In this document: piece after piece, positions 23,328 through 33,006 of the stretch
Position numbering within the stretch: the first letter of the stretch is position 1
Layout: every line of letters starts with the position of its first letter
Virus record (IMG/VR): IMGVR_UViG_3300010160_000028
Direction: 5' to 3' (one strand)
From: an uncultured virus (IMG/VR IMGVR_UViG_3300010160_000028)
Taxonomy: Duplodnaviria; Heunggongvirae; Uroviricota; Caudoviricetes
Length of the DNA: 64,000 bases
Position numbers and translations under genes: made by a program
Notes under the pieces: generated by a model
Told to the model about the DNA's origin: nothing
Seen by the model: only the letters and a program-made list of their open reading frames with translations
Databases searched by the model: none

Positions 23328-23837
23328 ATGGAACACACTGATCTCGAACTCTACATTCAAATCCGTGACGGACAGCCGCATGAGCACCCGATATTTGCGG
23401 ACAACTTCCGTGAGGCGTTTCCCGACGTGGATATGGAGAACTTGCCAGACACGTTTGCCAAATTCATCCGCGTCGATGCCCCTGTGCCGGACACTTATGA
23501 GGTGTACGAAGGTGTGGCCTACCAGTGGTTTGATGGCATAGTAAAGGACGTGCATTCTGTTCGCGCTATGACTGATGAAGAGCGCGCAGCCAAGGATGCA
23601 ATACTGGCGCAGGAAGCAATAGACCGAGCCAATTTTGCGTTACAGTTCCGCATGGAGCGATGCCAGCAAACGGCGGATGAAACAGAGGATGCTACGCAAA
23701 AGCAGTATTGGCTTGACTGCCTTGAGGCCCACAGGCTGTGGGTGCTTGAAAGCGTCGATCCGATGACACCTGCATTTCCGCTCTTCCCTAAGAAGGATGA
23801 AAGCGGTAACTGGGTAAGTCGTTATACTATTATATAA
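23328..23837 (+). CDS. Hypothetical protein, possible fibre assembly chaperone
   Basis: Acidic 169-aa protein directly after the Gly-rich gene. Function inferred from position. Confidence 0.5.
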   Translation: MEHTDLELYIQIRDGQPHEHPIFADNFREAFPDVDMENLPDTFAKFIRVDAPVPDTYEVYEGVAYQWFDGIVKDVHSVRAMTDEERAAKDAILAQEAIDRANFALQFRMERCQQTADETEDATQKQYWLDCLEAHRLWVLESVDPMTPAFPLFPKKDESGNWVSRYTII

Positions 23838-23846
23838 GGATTAATT

Positions 23847-24515
23847 ATGGCGCGTAAGAAAGTGTCGGAACCTATGGTGGCTCCGTTGGAAGAATTTCAT
23901 TATTTTGTAACTCCCATCTATATTATTAAACAGCCACGGTTTCTTGATGTAGTTAAGACAATAGCATTGGACAGCATCAAGCAAGTTCACGGCAAAGCTA
24001 AGCCGGACAAAATACATCCTCTCCTCATGTCGGGCAATATGTTGGAAGACACTCGCATCGAGGAGTTTGCCAACTTTGTAGGCGAGACGGCGTGGAATAT
24101 CTTAGCTAGCCAAGGCTACGCTATGGAGAATTTTAGCACTGGGTTTACTGAAATGTGGTGCCAAGAGCATTATCAAACGGCATCGATGGATTACCACGCG
24201 CATGCCGGAGGTAGCTTCCTTGTTGGCTTCTATTTCCTTGACACGCCGGAAGGATGCTCACCCGCTGTCATTCACGATCCTCGTCCAGGACGCGTCATGC
24301 TCGACTTGCCGCAAATTAATCCTAGCCAAGCAACGCTTGCAAGCACGGCGATTAACTTTATTCCAGAACCGGGGATGTTGATGTTCACACCGGCATGGTT
24401 AGCGCACAGCTTCAATCGCAATACGTCGAAGGACCCGTTCCGCTTCGTTCACTTTAACCTCGCCGTGCAGCCAAAGGCACCAGTCGCGTGTCTTGCGCCT
24501 GCAGAGGTGATCTGA
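23847..24515 (+). CDS. 2OG-Fe(II) oxygenase (TIGR02466-like)
   Basis: HxH motif 'YHAH', 'GFYFL', 'DPRP' and 'PEPGMLMFTPAWLAHS....R...FN'. Confidence 0.8.
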   Translation: MARKKVSEPMVAPLEEFHYFVTPIYIIKQPRFLDVVKTIALDSIKQVHGKAKPDKIHPLLMSGNMLEDTRIEEFANFVGETAWNILASQGYAMENFSTGFTEMWCQEHYQTASMDYHAHAGGSFLVGFYFLDTPEGCSPAVIHDPRPGRVMLDLPQINPSQATLASTAINFIPEPGMLMFTPAWLAHSFNRNTSKDPFRFVHFNLAVQPKAPVACLAPAEVI

Positions 24516-24742
24516 TGTCGCATTTCGAAATACGCTATAATCAAACTCGTGGTCAGCCGGGGCGCGGTACGATGGATCACGTATGGCGCGTGTTCGAGGA
24601 CGGCAAGGAGTATTTGACGAAGAACGTAGAGATTAACGTGCCTTGTCGCGGGGAGAAAACCGGTAATGACTGGAGTATGGTCTGCGAGGGTGTGCTTACG
24701 TTAGATAGAGAAACATCGACTGCCACCATAGGGCTAGCGTAA
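24515..24742 (+). CDS. Small hypothetical protein
   Basis: TGATG-coupled ORF (MSHFEIRYNQTRG...), 75 aa. Confidence 0.65.
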   Translation: MSHFEIRYNQTRGQPGRGTMDHVWRVFEDGKEYLTKNVEINVPCRGEKTGNDWSMVCEGVLTLDRETSTATIGLA

Positions 24743-24781
24743 TATTATAAAGCATGCCGATTCGTTTAACATTGATAAATG

Positions 24782-24789
24782 TATAAATA
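24782..24789 (+). promoter_or_regulatory. T4-type late promoter TATAAATA
   Basis: Exact consensus upstream of the 24818 fibre gene; no obvious terminator before the downstream enzyme cassette. Confidence 0.75.
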
Positions 24790-24817
24790 GAATAAAATCT
24801 GAGGGATAGGGAACCAG

Positions 24818-27535
24818 ATGGCTACACCAAATAACTTTCGCGTTAAATCAGGCCTGAATGTAGGCACTACAATAGCAGGCGGTAATACAACTATTACTGG
24901 CTTTGCGAATGTCAGCACCAGCGTCAACTCAGCTTCACTCACTGTAGGTTCTAGCTTCATTGCCAACACGAGCAAAGTGGCTATCGGTACGGCAGTCGGA
25001 CTTGAAGCGAACGGTGGTATCGGTACTGCCGGTCAAGTATTACACTCAAATGGTACTTCGATATACTGGGCAGTTGATGACAATGCCGGAGGAACAGTCA
25101 CATCTGTCGCAACTGCCAACGGTCTTTCTGGTGGTCCAATTACATCAACTGGTACACTCGGTGTAACGACCGGTTCGACACTTACGGTGAATACTGCCGG
25201 CATTCATGTGAACTCAGCCTTATCAATCACATCTCTTACGTTAGCAGGTGCAGCTTCTGGTGTTACGACACTTGCTGCCGGTAATACAACAATTACAGGT
25301 TTTGCAAACGTAACAGGTAACGTACAAATAAGCGCGATCAATGCAACCTCATTTGGCGCTACGCTTACTTCAAATTCAACGACCGCTATTTTAACTCTTG
25401 GCAACTCTTCTGTTACCGCAACAATGAATAGTTCAACCTTTAGTGGCACTGCAAACAACTCTACGAATCTTGACGGGTCTTCATTAGCTACAGTACAAGG
25501 TCAAATTACTGGTAACGCTACTACTGCATATACAAACTCAGTATCCTACACTGACACAAAGATCGGTACAGCGAATACTGCGATGGTTGCAAATGCCGGT
25601 GCAGCATATACCAATGCGACTATTTTTGCTGCCAATGCTTCGAATGCAAACAATGGCACATTAGCTTTTGCTCGATTACCTTCATTGTTTGTTGGAACGA
25701 CTACGATTCAGTCAACAAGTGCTGCACAAGCCGTAACAGGTATTACGACGCTTGCCGCAGGTAACACGACGATTACTGGTGATATTACCGTTTCTGGTAA
25801 CCTTACTATCAATGGTACTACAACCAATATAAATTCTACAAATCTTGTTGTAGAAGATAAAAACATTGTGCTTGCTGACGTAACTACTCCGACCGATGTG
25901 ACTGCCGACGGTGGTGGTATTACTCTGAAAGGTGCCACCGATAAGACATTTAACTGGGTTGATGCAACTGACAGCTGGACTTCTTCTGAACATATCGATC
26001 TTGCGGCCGGTAAAGTCTATAAGATCGGTACTACTACTATTGCTAACTCTACAGCTTTAGGTACTGGAATTCTTGCATCGTCTCTTACCTCTGTAGGCAC
26101 TTTAAGTTCTCTTACGCTCGGTGGCGCAGTATCAGGCGTCACAACACTCGCTGCCGGTAATACTACTATTACTGGCTTTGCGAATGCTTCAGTTTCGGTC
26201 AACTCAGCATTGTTAACTGTGGGTACAGCCTTTGTTGCTAATACGATTGGAGCTTTTCACACTGGTACTGTTAACGCTGCATCATTTACAACCACTGGTT
26301 TAACAATTAATACTACTGCTATTGTTCCTACATCAAACTCATCAGGGCAGACATTAGGTAATACCACTTCTAGGTTTGTTTTGTCCGCCAACTCAATTGA
26401 CACAACAGGCGCAATTAACATCGCCGCCGGGCAAGTGTTAAAATTCAATAATGATGTTGGTATTTCTCGCTCGCAAGCTGCAGTATTGTCTATCGGCAAC
26501 GGAACTCAAAATGATTCTACTGGAACAATAAGTCTTACTGGTGGTTTATTTCAAGGCGCAGTCAATGCAGCTTCACATACTGTCGGTTCTAGCTTCATTG
26601 CCAACTCAACGGGCATTACATCAACTGGCTTTGCAAACGTATCGACTACATTACAAGTGGGAACGAATACAGCCACCTTTGGTACCGCTGTTTATATTAT
26701 AGCAAGTGGTAACACCGGTGTTGGTACAAGTTCTCCGGCATCACTGTTTCATGTCAAACGCGGCAGCAATGCTACCGAAAACTACCCTACTAATACTTGG
26801 GCGGCGCGCATTATCAATGCCACCGATGCCAATACTGAAAATGGCCTTGTTGTCGGCAATCGCTGGGCTGCGGTTGAGTCAACAATTTTTGAAGCCGGGT
26901 CGATTTATGGCGGAGGCTCTGCTTGGGCATCTTATTATAAAGTCACAGGCATTGGAACGCACACTTGGGGCACGGGCTCAACTGGCACTGAAGCTATGCG
27001 TATCGATACTAACGGTAACACTGGTATTGGTAACACCGCACCGGCCCATAAATTATCGATAGGTGGCACGCTCGCAGCCGGTAACACTACGATCACGGGT
27101 TTTGCTAACGTATCGACCACTTTACAAGTAGGAGGCATTTCTACTCTTGCCGCAAACTTAGTAATGGCCAACAATTTTATTACTCGCCCAGTGTTAGCAG
27201 GTTACTCTGAACACGAAGTGTCAAACACGGCAGTTACTGGTACATTTACACTAGACTTTTCGACTGCAAACTTCTTCGATCTAATACTTACTGGAAACAC
27301 GACAATCTCACCATCTGGAATTCCAGCGAATACAAGAATGGTTTCTGCTACACTTGCAGTCAAACAAGATGCGACCGGAGGAAGAACCATTACATGGCCG
27401 ACAGGTACTAAATACGCGGGTGCTGTCTCGCCTCCTGCGACAACGACTGCAAATGCTGTCGATATCTGGTCGATTATGACGTACGATGCGGGCAATACTT
27501 ACATTGTTTCATTGTCAGTAAAGAATGCGAGCTAA
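24818..27535 (+). CDS. Tail fibre protein sharing modules with the 16765 fibre
   Basis: 'NFRVKSGL' N-terminus, shared 'AAGNTTITG' units, 'GN.G.GT..P...' fibre repeats and C-terminal 'QDATGGRTITWP...KY.G...P...ANAVDI' domain. Confidence 0.8.
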   Translation: MATPNNFRVKSGLNVGTTIAGGNTTITGFANVSTSVNSASLTVGSSFIANTSKVAIGTAVGLEANGGIGTAGQVLHSNGTSIYWAVDDNAGGTVTSVATANGLSGGPITSTGTLGVTTGSTLTVNTAGIHVNSALSITSLTLAGAASGVTTLAAGNTTITGFANVTGNVQISAINATSFGATLTSNSTTAILTLGNSSVTATMNSSTFSGTANNSTNLDGSSLATVQGQITGNATTAYTNSVSYTDTKIGTANTAMVANAGAAYTNATIFAANASNANNGTLAFARLPSLFVGTTTIQSTSAAQAVTGITTLAAGNTTITGDITVSGNLTINGTTTNINSTNLVVEDKNIVLADVTTPTDVTADGGGITLKGATDKTFNWVDATDSWTSSEHIDLAAGKVYKIGTTTIANSTALGTGILASSLTSVGTLSSLTLGGAVSGVTTLAAGNTTITGFANASVSVNSALLTVGTAFVANTIGAFHTGTVNAASFTTTGLTINTTAIVPTSNSSGQTLGNTTSRFVLSANSIDTTGAINIAAGQVLKFNNDVGISRSQAAVLSIGNGTQNDSTGTISLTGGLFQGAVNAASHTVGSSFIANSTGITSTGFANVSTTLQVGTNTATFGTAVYIIASGNTGVGTSSPASLFHVKRGSNATENYPTNTWAARIINATDANTENGLVVGNRWAAVESTIFEAGSIYGGGSAWASYYKVTGIGTHTWGTGSTGTEAMRIDTNGNTGIGNTAPAHKLSIGGTLAAGNTTITGFANVSTTLQVGGISTLAANLVMANNFITRPVLAGYSEHEVSNTAVTGTFTLDFSTANFFDLILTGNTTISPSGIPANTRMVSATLAVKQDATGGRTITWPTGTKYAGAVSPPATTTANAVDIWSIMTYDAGNTYIVSLSVKNAS

Positions 27536-27538
27536 GAT

Positions 27539-28861
27539 ATGGGTATTGGTGGAGGTTCTAAATTTACACTCGAAAAAACTTGGCGCGCAAGTGGTGTCGG
27601 CACGACTACGTTTAATGCACCAGGCAATATCGCAATCCCTTACGGTAGAAATGTAATCAACGTTGCTGGTGCAGGTGGCACCGGAACAGCAGCCATTTCT
27701 GGTAACTTAAACTATAATCCACTTGTACCAGGAACATTAAACTATAATCCACTTGTTCCAGGAACATTAAACTACAATCCACTCGTTCCTGGTACTCTTA
27801 ACTATAACCCACTCGTTCCTGGTAACTTGAACTATAATCCACTTGTTCCTGGAACATTAAACTATAATCCTCTAGTTCCAGGCAATCTGAACTATAATCC
27901 GCTTGTTCCCGGAAACCTAAACTATAATCCACTTGTTCCTGGAACTGCCAACTATAATGCTGTCGTTCCGGGCACTTCTAACTATAATGCTGTCGTTCCG
28001 GGCACTTCTAACTATAATGCTGTCGTTCCAGGCAATTCTAACTTTAACCCAATTGTTCCAGGAACTGCGAGCACATATAATCCAGAGAGCGCAGGAACAG
28101 CGAGCTCATATAATGCTCCAAGCCCAGGAACAATTGCTGGATATACTCCCTATAAAGCCAAAGCGGGTACCGGAGGCAATCCGTTCTATAATGCTCCAAC
28201 TGCTGGTAATCTGAATTATAACTCTCCTTCTCCAGGTACAGTTGCAAGTTATAATTCTCCTTCAGGCGGCACATTTGCTGGTACTAATCCATCAAGTGGA
28301 GGTACATTTGCTGGTACTAATCCATCAAGTGGAGGTACATTTGCTGGTACTAATCCATCAAGCGGCGGTACTTTATCTTCATACAATGCTCCAACTGGCC
28401 AAACATCGACCGGAACATATAATGCTCCAACTGGAAAAACATCGACCGGAACATATAATGCTCCAACTGGTCAAACATCAACAGCAACATACAATGCTCC
28501 AACTGGCCAAACATCGACCGGAACATATAATGCTCCAACTGGAAAAACATCAACAGGCACTTATAATGCACCAACGGGTCAAACCTCAACAGGCACTTAT
28601 AATGCACCAACGGGTCAAACCTCGACCGGAACATATAACGCTCCGACTGGACAAACGTCGTCAACATATAATCCAAATACTCCGGCAGTTGCCGGTACCT
28701 CATCATCAGCGCTCGGCGTGACAGCTCCCGGATCGGCGACCGGAGGAACTCCAGCAACACCGGTAGGTCAAACACTTGTTAGCTATTATACATATCCAGA
28801 TAACGCAACATATCCTGTGACAGTGGCTCCTGGGGGTAATATAACTATAGTAGTATCGTAA
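27539..28861 (+). CDS. Pro/Asn/Tyr-rich repeat protein with mirrored repeat architecture (putative fibre-tip protein)
   Basis: 440 aa; (NYNPLVPG)x8, (NYNAVVPG)x3, then (GGTFAGTNPSS)x3 and (YNAPTG[QK]TS)x8. Confidence 0.8.
   Translation: MGIGGGSKFTLEKTWRASGVGTTTFNAPGNIAIPYGRNVINVAGAGGTGTAAISGNLNYNPLVPGTLNYNPLVPGTLNYNPLVPGTLNYNPLVPGNLNYNPLVPGTLNYNPLVPGNLNYNPLVPGNLNYNPLVPGTANYNAVVPGTSNYNAVVPGTSNYNAVVPGNSNFNPIVPGTASTYNPESAGTASSYNAPSPGTIAGYTPYKAKAGTGGNPFYNAPTAGNLNYNSPSPGTVASYNSPSGGTFAGTNPSSGGTFAGTNPSSGGTFAGTNPSSGGTLSSYNAPTGQTSTGTYNAPTGKTSTGTYNAPTGQTSTATYNAPTGQTSTGTYNAPTGKTSTGTYNAPTGQTSTGTYNAPTGQTSTGTYNAPTGQTSSTYNPNTPAVAGTSSSALGVTAPGSATGGTPATPVGQTLVSYYTYPDNATYPVTVAPGGNITIVVS
27701..28680 (+). repeat. 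Coding tandem repeats with 30-bp, 33-bp and 36-bp units
   Basis: Read directly; synonymous variation between units. Confidence 0.9.
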
Positions 28862-28885
28862 TTTTTATATAATGAGGAATATATA

Positions 28886-29476
28886 ATGACTTTTGACTTT
28901 CAAAAATATAATGCGCCGTTGGAGTGTTTTGCTATATGGGAAGGTGGATTTACACCTGAAGAAGTAGACAAAATCCTTTATATGGAATCTCTCCAAAACT
29001 TTGGAAAAGGTACAGTAGGATCCGAGAATGCAGTTGCTAAAAAAGAAGTCAGAGACTCTGAAATAGCATGGATTCACCCCGATCAACATTCCCATTGGTT
29101 ATTTGAACGACTTGCTGCAATCACATCAACCATAAATCATCAACAATTTATGTATGATATTAAAGGTGTTGAACTTCTTCAATACACAAAATACAATATT
29201 AACCAACACTACACTTGGCACTGGGATGTTGAGTTTGGTTGGCAAAACTTTCAGCGTAAAATCTCTGCCACGATGATGCTCTCTGATCCTGATGAGTATG
29301 AAGGTGGTGAACTCGAGGTTTGCAATAATGGCAATTTTGAAGATACTAAAGTAGTGAAACCTAAAAAAGGTGATATTGTTTTCTTTGCATCTTGGATGCC
29401 GCATCGAGTAAAACCAGTTATTTCTGGTGAAAGAAAATCATTGGTAATGTGGGTAATGGGAAAAAGGCAATCGTAA
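28886..29476 (+). CDS. 2OG-Fe(II) oxygenase, prolyl-4-hydroxylase/PKHD-like
   Basis: 'LQYTKY...HYTWHWD', 'RKIS...LSDP.EYEGGEL' and 'F.S..PHRVKPV.SGERKSLV.W'. Confidence 0.88.
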   Translation: MTFDFQKYNAPLECFAIWEGGFTPEEVDKILYMESLQNFGKGTVGSENAVAKKEVRDSEIAWIHPDQHSHWLFERLAAITSTINHQQFMYDIKGVELLQYTKYNINQHYTWHWDVEFGWQNFQRKISATMMLSDPDEYEGGELEVCNNGNFEDTKVVKPKKGDIVFFASWMPHRVKPVISGERKSLVMWVMGKRQS

Positions 29477-30192
29477 TGTTTAACTTCTTTAAAAAACCGG
29501 TGATGGAATTCTATTGCCATCCAGAACAACATGGTGTTATTCCTGAACCAAAACCGGCTGCAAAGTATATAGCAGATTGGTTTAAAAAAATTCCTGTCGA
29601 TCTTGATGAAAGAGACACGTTTGGTGCTCGATCAATGTCTGCAAAGAAATGTATGCCAATGCTAGATGCAATGACATTAGGATACGTGATTCCTTTACAA
29701 GCAGATCTACATCTCATTTCTAATCACGATCGCACTCATATTGAGGTGACAAATCCTCCTGGTACAAAGATTTGTGAGTTTCATAATATCAAGCAAGTTG
29801 GTGAAAAGACTGCGCCCGGATTTCCGGCAGCTCCAATAAAGTTCATCAACTATTGGGTGATTAAAACAAAGCCCGGTTATTCTACGATGATCATGCCATT
29901 AGTTAATAATTTTGATAATGACTTTACGTGTTTGTCAGGTCTTGTCGACACTGATAGATATCCTAAAGAAATCAATTTTCCTGCAATCTGGCACACTCCT
30001 AACTTTGATGATATTATTCCAGCAGGAACTCCACTTGTTGTAGTGTTTCCTATTAAAAGAAGCGATATTCCATCTAAACCAATCGTCAGAGAAATGACCA
30101 CTAAAGAATTTAAACACATTGATAATATCAAAAAAGCACAAGACAGTCGTCGTCATGTCTATACACAAGAATTGAGGGAACCTAGAAAATGA
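29476..30192 (+). CDS. Phage hypothetical protein (DUF6065-like), paralogue 1
   Basis: 'P.PA.K.I.DWFK', 'KKC.P.LDAMT.GY.IPL', 'GLVDTD' and 'I.AGTPLV.V.P'; TAATG coupling. Confidence 0.6.
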   Translation: MFNFFKKPVMEFYCHPEQHGVIPEPKPAAKYIADWFKKIPVDLDERDTFGARSMSAKKCMPMLDAMTLGYVIPLQADLHLISNHDRTHIEVTNPPGTKICEFHNIKQVGEKTAPGFPAAPIKFINYWVIKTKPGYSTMIMPLVNNFDNDFTCLSGLVDTDRYPKEINFPAIWHTPNFDDIIPAGTPLVVVFPIKRSDIPSKPIVREMTTKEFKHIDNIKKAQDSRRHVYTQELREPRK

Positions 30193-30908
30193 TTTTCAAT
30201 TTTCTTAAAAAGAAAAAAGATCTTGAATTTGTAGATACCAGTAGAACTGCTTATCAGACATATCCTGTTGTAAGAGCGGCTGATATCAAACCGCGCACAT
30301 TTGAATATCAAAAAAACAAATACAAAAAGCATATGTTGCCTCACTGCCCCGGTATGATTCAATATGCTGAGATGGGATATATTATTCCTGCATGGATTGA
30401 TATTCACATTAGAGCGAATAAAGCAGGTGTTGCTCACTATATTGGATCTGACGAACGCGGAACCCGCGGATATTTGCCAGGTAGAGTAATGGGTGCAGAC
30501 GTAATCGATGGGATCTTTGAACCAGAAGATGGTGTTCCGTTGACTCCTCTTAATTTTGGAGCACCTTGGGCTATTTTTGGTCGTGGTAATATTACAGCCT
30601 TGTTATTACCTGCGATTTATCATTCAGACTTCTTAGACGATTTGATGGTATTACCTGGATCTGTTGATTATGAAAAGTTTCATACTGCCAATTTTATCTG
30701 TGCTCCAAAGCGTGAGTGCGAGGTACATATCAAAGCTGGAGATCCTTTGTTGCATGTGATCCCGTTCTGGAATAAAGAATTTAATGCTGGATTTGGGCCT
30801 GGATCACAAGATCAAGTAGACAAATGGAATAATGAAATTCCCGGTGATGATAAACAATATTATCGTAGGTTTCAAATGTTAAAGAAAGTGTTTAGGTTGT
30901 CAAAATGA
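30189..30908 (+). CDS. Phage hypothetical protein (DUF6065-like), paralogue 2
   Basis: 'HCPGM......GYIIPAW', 'LPGSVD' and 'IKAGDPLLHVIPF' align with the preceding gene. Confidence 0.6.
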   Translation: MIFNFLKKKKDLEFVDTSRTAYQTYPVVRAADIKPRTFEYQKNKYKKHMLPHCPGMIQYAEMGYIIPAWIDIHIRANKAGVAHYIGSDERGTRGYLPGRVMGADVIDGIFEPEDGVPLTPLNFGAPWAIFGRGNITALLLPAIYHSDFLDDLMVLPGSVDYEKFHTANFICAPKRECEVHIKAGDPLLHVIPFWNKEFNAGFGPGSQDQVDKWNNEIPGDDKQYYRRFQMLKKVFRLSK

Positions 30909-31975
30909 AAATATTTGTATCAATCTGTTCTTATAGAGATCCACTTTTACATTATACTCTTGAGAGTTTAATTGAAAACAAATCAAATAGACACGAAGCA
31001 ACTTACTCGATCTTAGAACAGATCGTATACAAAGACTCGCTTGAGAAGTTATATCCAGAACTTGTGGCAAGACCGGATGTTGTTTATAAAAGAGTCGAAC
31101 CACAATATTCAGACGGGGTAGGTTGGGCGAGAAAGGTTAACTCACTGAATGTAAGAGATGAGGATTTCTTTTATCAAATCGACAGTCATATGGTGTTCGA
31201 TGAAAACTGGGATCGATATCTTGTAGAAGACTATAAGCGTGGTGTCAAGAAATCTGGTAGTAAGAAAGTTATTATTGACGGTGGAACTAAAACTTATACG
31301 TTAACTGAAAAGTTTGAACCGTATAAACATATAGAAGCTTACGGAATTACCACACATGCAAAATATTTTATGTGGGACAGAAATTCTATATTAGCAGTAC
31401 ATGGACATCATGTTCCTCCTACACCAGATGTGATGCCTACAGCACATCTTTTTGCCGGCAATCTTTTTACTCATGTCGAATGGCTTCAAAATGTAGGAAT
31501 CAATCATCTTTCGTTTTTTGATGCTGAAGAACAGCTTCTTACTATGACATCATTTGAAGCCGGTTACTATATGTACGCGCCGACTGAAGTTAAAGTATAT
31601 CATTTCGCCGGATCCGGAGAGTATACTACTAAACAGTGGTATAAACCTATTATTAGTATGGATAAATACTCAGAATGCGTAAAAATATCTGTTAAACAGT
31701 GGACAGATTATCTTGAATATGTTCAAGAATCCGTTCTCATAGATTACTACAAATATTCTGGCGTAGATTACATTAATCAAAAGATCGAAGATCGCGGTCG
31801 AGACTATCCTGCATTAGTCAGTAAAATGAATTATCCTTTGATACCAGGCGAAACTCACGTCGTTATTAATAAAGAAATTGAAGAAGACACTAAATCTAAT
31901 ATAATTGTTAATGAAGAAATTCAAGATGATAAAGGTGAAATAACAAATGACAGTGCCGAATCTCAAACGGAATAG
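30905..31975 (+). CDS. GT-A glycosyltransferase, Skp1-hydroxyproline GlcNAc-transferase-like (GT60/Gnt1)
   Basis: 'IFVSI.SYRDP....T', 'GVGWAR', 'E.F..QIDSHM.F...WD', 'AGNLF' and 'F..EE' are GT60 hallmark motifs. Confidence 0.8.
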   Translation: MKIFVSICSYRDPLLHYTLESLIENKSNRHEATYSILEQIVYKDSLEKLYPELVARPDVVYKRVEPQYSDGVGWARKVNSLNVRDEDFFYQIDSHMVFDENWDRYLVEDYKRGVKKSGSKKVIIDGGTKTYTLTEKFEPYKHIEAYGITTHAKYFMWDRNSILAVHGHHVPPTPDVMPTAHLFAGNLFTHVEWLQNVGINHLSFFDAEEQLLTMTSFEAGYYMYAPTEVKVYHFAGSGEYTTKQWYKPIISMDKYSECVKISVKQWTDYLEYVQESVLIDYYKYSGVDYINQKIEDRGRDYPALVSKMNYPLIPGETHVVINKEIEEDTKSNIIVNEEIQDDKGEITNDSAESQTE

Positions 31976-32408
31976 AGAATGTGGAGATTGTAAAGAATGC
32001 TGTACGGGCACTTTATATGCTGATATTTACGGAAAAATTATGGATAAGGGAAGACCGTGTCACTACTTAGGTGGAGAGGGTTGCACTATTTATGAAAAAA
32101 GGCCAGGTGTTTGTAAAGCATATGCATGTGAATGGCTAAGAGATGATTCGACACTTATTCCAGAATGGATGAGACCGGATTTATCAAAAGTTATTATTAC
32201 GCAAAAAGGCTGGGGTGATAATCTTCAACACAATTATTGGAATATCGCAGAAAGCCATCAGAAGATTGATTCTGTAATCTTAAATTGGGTCTATATGTAT
32301 ACGTCTTCTCATAATATATGTGCTAACATTGAAGTTGACGGAAGATGGTATCAAATGGGCCCTCCCGAATTTGTAGAATATATGCAGAGAAGTGTTTCGG
32401 CGACTTAA
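31947..32408 (+). CDS. YkgJ/CxxCxxCC cysteine-cluster protein
   Basis: 'CGDCKECC...PCHYL...GCTIYEKRP.VC..Y.C'. Confidence 0.8.
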   Translation: MTVPNLKRNRECGDCKECCTGTLYADIYGKIMDKGRPCHYLGGEGCTIYEKRPGVCKAYACEWLRDDSTLIPEWMRPDLSKVIITQKGWGDNLQHNYWNIAESHQKIDSVILNWVYMYTSSHNICANIEVDGRWYQMGPPEFVEYMQRSVSAT

Positions 32409-32412
32409 ATCT

Positions 32413-33006
32413 ATGTTATACGAAGAAATAAAACTTAAAAATCCTGGGGTATTAAAAACAAAACTACCTAATGATATATTCAGGCAGATAAAAGCTGATG
32501 CACTTGCAGATGCTGAAAAAAAGATCCCATATAATGAACATTTAGTAGGTCAAATTGCTGGTGAATATCAAATCAAAGTAAATCCATATTTTGAAAAAAT
32601 TATTAATAATATGTGGATTGAATATAGAGAAAGATTTGACTATCATCTTTCAAACCAATATTATATTTCTGATACAGCATGGATAAATGTCCAGAAAAAA
32701 CATGAATTCAATCCCGTGCATCATCATGAAGGTGCAGCATCTTGGGTTATATGGTTACAGATCCCGTATGATTTAGAGGAAGAATTGAACACTTTTAAAA
32801 ATGCAAAAAGTCGTGATACTTCTTTATTTTATTTTTATTATAATTCGTTTATAGGAACACAAGAAAATTCCCCGCTGTATATTGATAAACAATGGGAAGG
32901 AACTATGATTATGTTTCCGGCGATGCTGAAGCATAGCGTATATCCATTTTATACTACAGACTCTCCAAGAATTTCAATATCTGGGAACATTGAAGTCCAT
33001 GCATGA
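32413..33006 (+). CDS. 2OG-Fe(II) oxygenase
   Basis: 'WIN.QKKHEFNP.H.H', 'SWVIWL.IP' and 'EG.M.MFPA.L.HSVYPF....RISISGN'. Confidence 0.82.
   Translation: MLYEEIKLKNPGVLKTKLPNDIFRQIKADALADAEKKIPYNEHLVGQIAGEYQIKVNPYFEKIINNMWIEYRERFDYHLSNQYYISDTAWINVQKKHEFNPVHHHEGAASWVIWLQIPYDLEEELNTFKNAKSRDTSLFYFYYNSFIGTQENSPLYIDKQWEGTMIMFPAMLKHSVYPFYTTDSPRISISGNIEVHA

Noticed and set aside
14771..27535. Possible diversity-generating retroelement acting on the fibres
   Set aside because: No reverse transcriptase in the window, and differences between repeat copies look synonymous rather than adenine-specific.
27701..28680. Regular 30-36 bp repeats resembling a CRISPR array
   Set aside because: The repeats are contiguous without unique spacers, stay in frame, vary at synonymous positions, and no cas genes are present.
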